DNA from: Oscillospiraceae bacterium
Lineage (GTDB): Bacteria > Bacillota > Clostridia > Oscillospirales > Ruminococcaceae
Reading direction: 5' to 3'
Length of the DNA: 40,413 bases
NCBI GenBank assembly: GCA_045539055.1
Contig: JAZQEQ010000252.1
Coordinates: 1-40,413, forward strand
A program made the position numbers and the translations under genes. Of the stretch, positions 36,763 to 40,413 are shown piece after piece (position 1 is the first letter of the stretch; each line of letters opens with the position of its first letter). Below the pieces are notes generated by a model that was not told the origin of the DNA, made no database searches, and worked only from the letters and a program-made list of their open reading frames with translations.

Positions 36763-38124
36763 TCACTTTATTATTTCAATTCTGCCTTCGTTTCGGTATG
36801 TGATATATCTTTCCATTATCTCAGCAAAGAAAATCGAATCTTTATCTGAAAGGGCGTGGTGATAATTTTTAAGTCCGTTTATATTAGAAATAAATGCACT
36901 TATTTCGTACCTGAGTCCCTGCCCCAGATATTTGGAGAATATCTTTTCGTTCAGCTCCGGATCTTCGTAGCATATTTCAAAGTGTTTTGTCATCCACCAT
37001 GGGGATTCTGCGAGGATATATCCGTTAGTTCCGGAAACTACAAGATTACCTTCGGATTTGACTCCGAGTCCGACTTTCACTTCTGCGATCGCGTTGTCAT
37101 ATTTAAGAAATGCTTTTGTATATATGTCAACGCCGTTTGAATCTACAAAAGAAACAAATCGGATGTCATTGTATTTCCTTCCCAGTATTTTGGCTATCGC
37201 AAGGAGTGGATAGCTGCCGAGCTCGGTGAAGCTACCGCCGCTTTCGGAAAGCTGAAATTCTCTGCTGCTTGAATTTGGCATCAGCTTAGTAAAGCAGGCT
37301 TCAACATCGCATATTTTGCCGATGCTGCCGCTCTTCACATTGGATACAAGCTTAATAAAACCGGGCGCATATGCAGTTTTTATAGCTTCCATGAGTACCA
37401 GCTTTTTTGCGTCTGCAAGTTCAAAAAGCTCCTTTGCCTGTGCTTTTTTTAAAACCATTGGTTTCTCGCACAGAACATGCTTTCCATGCTCAAGAGCCTC
37501 TTTTATATATTCATAGTGGGTGTTGTGCGGCGAAGCAATATAAATAGCGTCACTATGCTTGTACAAAACAGTCCTTTCATCAGTATAGATGTTCAGCTCG
37601 TTTGTTTCAGCAAAAGCCCTGGCACTTTCGATATGCGGATTGTAAACGATCTCAGTGTTAACGCCACTTACATATTTAACCTCAGGAACAAAACGCTTTG
37701 CAATACGTCCTGTGCCTATTATGCCAAGTCTGACTATACCGGCATTTTCGCTACGAAGCATCGTGCTCGAGATACCTTTGGTCCTTTCGAGATATACGAC
37801 ATCGCAATATTCACGTATATATTCAAATTTTCCTGCCCAGTCTGAGCCTACAGTAAAAATATCAATGTTATATTTTTGAATATCCTCTATTTTTTGACCT
37901 ACATGATCTTCGACTATTACCTCGTCTGCAAACCCTGTTTGTTTGACGTGTTCGATCCTTTCCATAAGAGAATCGACTACATTGAGCTTGCCTCTGGATT
38001 CGTCGTACTGTTCCGTTGTAACACCTACGATAAGATAATCGCCAAGTGCTTTTGCTCTTTGTAAAAGACGATAATGACCTTCATGAAATAAATCGAAGGA
38101 ACCGTATGTAATTACTTTTTTCAT
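36763..38124 (-). CDS. TagD-like cytidylyltransferase fused to Gfo/Idh/MocA oxidoreductase
   Basis: ITYGSFDLFHEGH, VGSDW.GKF, RTKGISST; then GIIGTGRIA, YIASP...H, HVLCEKP. Confidence 0.88.
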   Translation of the reverse strand: MKKVITYGSFDLFHEGHYRLLQRAKALGDYLIVGVTTEQYDESRGKLNVVDSLMERIEHVKQTGFADEVIVEDHVGQKIEDIQKYNIDIFTVGSDWAGKFEYIREYCDVVYLERTKGISSTMLRSENAGIVRLGIIGTGRIAKRFVPEVKYVSGVNTEIVYNPHIESARAFAETNELNIYTDERTVLYKHSDAIYIASPHNTHYEYIKEALEHGKHVLCEKPMVLKKAQAKELFELADAKKLVLMEAIKTAYAPGFIKLVSNVKSGSIGKICDVEACFTKLMPNSSSREFQLSESGGSFTELGSYPLLAIAKILGRKYNDIRFVSFVDSNGVDIYTKAFLKYDNAIAEVKVGLGVKSEGNLVVSGTNGYILAESPWWMTKHFEICYEDPELNEKIFSKYLGQGLRYEISAFISNINGLKNYHHALSDKDSIFFAEIMERYITYRNEGRIEIIK

Positions 38125-39446
38125 AAAGCCTCCGTTGGCGTGTCTATATCAGATATTAACATAGGCTTTCCAGTTAATTTATATAATGCATAAACAGAAC
38201 CAAACATGCCGTAATATGCGTCGGACATCGCGATCGCTCTTTCTAACTCGGGTGAATCATCATATATTCCCCATTTGCCTGCCTTGAATTCATTTACGAT
38301 CTTCAAAAACTCATCGAGCGCTTTGGGATTCATAGACCTAGCGGTAGGTATCATAAGCGGATGCGGTCTCCACCACAACACGACGTCGTCGCGCTGCCTG
38401 AAATATTCAAGCAACGATCTGAGCTTAGGCAGGAACCTTTCTGAGAAGATCGCCATAAGCATATTCAGGTGCGTGTTATATAATACGACCTTTTTATTGC
38501 CGATCAACTTTTTCCATTCATCGGGAATAACATAAGAATCTCTGGTACGACCCTGAACAGCATCATATTTCGGTGACCCCATTGCCAGTATCTTTTGGTC
38601 CAAAAGCTTTATGTTATCCTGTGTATGTCCGAATTTATCCAGCAAGGTCTGAGTATATGCTCTCTTCATAGTTTCCGATTGAACTACGACCTTATCTGCA
38701 TTTATCACTGCCGGTGTAGTTGCATAATGGGTATTATTTTTGATACGGCTTTCATCGGTCACGAAATATGGGATATAAACCAGGTGTTCGGTATACTTTT
38801 TAAGCTCTCCGGAGTAAAATCTCGGGGCTACACTTGTAACGAAGTTATTTCCATCGTAAGGATTGTGAATATAGATGACATCGGGGTGGTGTTGCTCCAG
38901 GTCGTATGTGTTATAATCTATAACAGGGACATTTGCCGGAAACTCCTTGCCCTCGTAATGAAATTCGCCGAAGGAATGGTCCGGCAAGCGGTCGTAATAG
39001 GGTATAGGAACAACGTATGCGTTGCAGTCAGGATCCTCATTGGCTGCTCTCCATACACTTTCGAGAGAATCCCACATACTAGCCTTATAGGGCATGAATA
39101 CTATTTCAAATTTAACCTCTATATCATTTTTGGCGCTGTTTTCCGCCTCGTCGATAGCCTTATCGAGCTGTTGTTTCACTTCGCTTGCGCTGCTGTTGTC
39201 AGAAAGATTCATCACAGCTTCATAAAGTGTTTTGCAATAATTCTGCAGAAGCGACACAGTCACAAAATCCTCGCCTTCGGATTCCTCGATAAGCTCTGCT
39301 ATCTGAAGCGCCGTGTCCTGGCAATCAGCGAGAAGATTTTGCGTATTTTCGTATTCGTTTCTATCAATAAAGCCTTTCGCAATTTCGTGTGCTTCACGTA
39401 TCGTTTTGAAGATATCAAGAAGATTTTCTTTGGTTGCTTTTCGCAT
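38121..39446 (-). CDS. Conserved glycan-locus protein, CDP-glycerol glycerophosphotransferase (TagF)-like GT-B fold
   Basis: FMPYKASMWDSLESVW, PDVIYIHNPYD, VYIPYF, GSPKYD, WRPHP, SDAYYG. Confidence 0.6.
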   Translation of the reverse strand: MRKATKENLLDIFKTIREAHEIAKGFIDRNEYENTQNLLADCQDTALQIAELIEESEGEDFVTVSLLQNYCKTLYEAVMNLSDNSSASEVKQQLDKAIDEAENSAKNDIEVKFEIVFMPYKASMWDSLESVWRAANEDPDCNAYVVPIPYYDRLPDHSFGEFHYEGKEFPANVPVIDYNTYDLEQHHPDVIYIHNPYDGNNFVTSVAPRFYSGELKKYTEHLVYIPYFVTDESRIKNNTHYATTPAVINADKVVVQSETMKRAYTQTLLDKFGHTQDNIKLLDQKILAMGSPKYDAVQGRTRDSYVIPDEWKKLIGNKKVVLYNTHLNMLMAIFSERFLPKLRSLLEYFRQRDDVVLWWRPHPLMIPTARSMNPKALDEFLKIVNEFKAGKWGIYDDSPELERAIAMSDAYYGMFGSVYALYKLTGKPMLISDIDTPTEAL

Positions 39447-39470
39447 AGCTTCGCTCCTTAACGCTTGAAT

Positions 39471-40412
39471 TTATCTGAAATCATATTTTGCAAAATCATT
39501 ATAATCGTCGAGATAAGGATAGCTTTCCCTTCTCCAGGCAATGGCCTTTTTAATTATTCTGGCAGGATTACCGGCAATACTGCAGTTGGCGGGGAATTTT
39601 TTATTTACAAATGTGTTTGCGCCCACAATGCTGCCATTGCCTATTTCGCATCCGTTCAAAAGGAAAACGCTGTGGCTTAACCACACGTGCTCACCGATCG
39701 TGACCGTTTTCCCGTCCTTGCATAAATTCCGGTTGGATTCAATATCAAAAATAGTGTGCGAATTTCCCGCCTTTATTGTTATTGACTGTGACATTATACA
39801 GTCTCTGCCAATAATGATCTTGCTGTTCTGAAGAGAACGAATCGATAGGTTGGTGTCTGCGGTGATATCGCTGCCAATATCGAGAACAGATGAATATTTG
39901 CTGAATAATTCGGCGCTTCCCGTAAATCTCACATTGCTTCCGATCCTTATCTCAGACATATACGTGGCCATGATCGTCAGATCGTCGAATTTACACTTCT
40001 TGTCTATGTACAGCTTTCCGCCATTGAATAATATTATTTTTATGTTATAATTTTCGCCGATGTATTCGTTTCCGTACATATCTTCCGGATAATTCCGACT
40101 GCCATCCAGAATAACGGCTTTGCACGGATACCAATAATCGCTGAATTCGTTATAATTGTTGCTTTCCAGATGGGATATAACGTCGTGATATGTGTTTATC
40201 ATTCCGACATAAACAAAAAAATCATCGCTTTTGATGATATCCTTGTCAAACACAGGCAAGTTGTTGAATAAACGTACATACTGACCGTTTTCGGGCTTTT
40301 CCGTTAACCCATCTATATAGCCGACTACATTTATACCATTATGTCTGAAGAATTCCAGAACATAATCGTTTCGTTCAAACGCTCCCCAGATAAGTACCTT
40401 ATTGCCTTTTTT
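39471..40412 (-). CDS. Hexapeptide-repeat (LbH) O-acyltransferase, 5' end outside window
   Basis: IGEHVWL, IGNGSIVGA, IAGNPARII; frame stays open to the window edge (KKGNKVLIWGA...). Confidence 0.8.
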   Translation of the reverse strand, partial: KKGNKVLIWGAFERNDYVLEFFRHNGINVVGYIDGLTEKPENGQYVRLFNNLPVFDKDIIKSDDFFVYVGMINTYHDVISHLESNNYNEFSDYWYPCKAVILDGSRNYPEDMYGNEYIGENYNIKIILFNGGKLYIDKKCKFDDLTIMATYMSEIRIGSNVRFTGSAELFSKYSSVLDIGSDITADTNLSIRSLQNSKIIIGRDCIMSQSITIKAGNSHTIFDIESNRNLCKDGKTVTIGEHVWLSHSVFLLNGCEIGNGSIVGANTFVNKKFPANCSIAGNPARIIKKAIAWRRESYPYLDDYNDFAKYDFR

Positions 40413-40413
40413 G

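Noticed and set aside
38595-39461. 288-aa + strand ORF
   Set aside because: Antisense shadow of the TagF-like gene; no motifs or RBS.

Overview
AT-rich, Clostridia-like (probably Ruminococcaceae/Oscillospiraceae; inferred from gene content, Shine-Dalgarno sites and sigmaA promoters) surface-glycan region. Two glycan biosynthesis clusters point towards each other. The + strand cluster (1-18427) encodes GT2, DUF4422 and GT8 transferases, a KdsB-like cytidylyltransferase with an HMGL-type aldolase and a KdgK-like kinase, an rfbF/rfbG/reductase/epimerase/mutase set, and a GT4-WcaJ-WaaL-like operon. The - strand cluster (28193-40413) encodes an O-acetyltransferase, a TagF-like protein, a TagD-Gfo/Idh/MocA fusion, LicD, the aepZ/aepX/PntC-like/aepY aminoethylphosphonate pathway, an RraA-like protein and an ATP-grasp ligase. 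Between them lies a ~9.7 kb island. It contains a 1.2 kb non-coding block with unusual iteron-like modules, including two adjacent ~175 bp units with near-identical geometry but different palindromic cores. It also holds a tight operon of an orphan gene, clpP and a soluble VirD4-like ATPase with no relaxase or T4SS, then a 41-aa sORF and a large serine recombinase, a CitC-like/SGNH-like fusion gene, and stacked debris (rfbB pseudogene, an internally deleted paralog of the CitC-like gene, a second recombinase 3' end). All product calls come from motifs read by eye; no database search was run.
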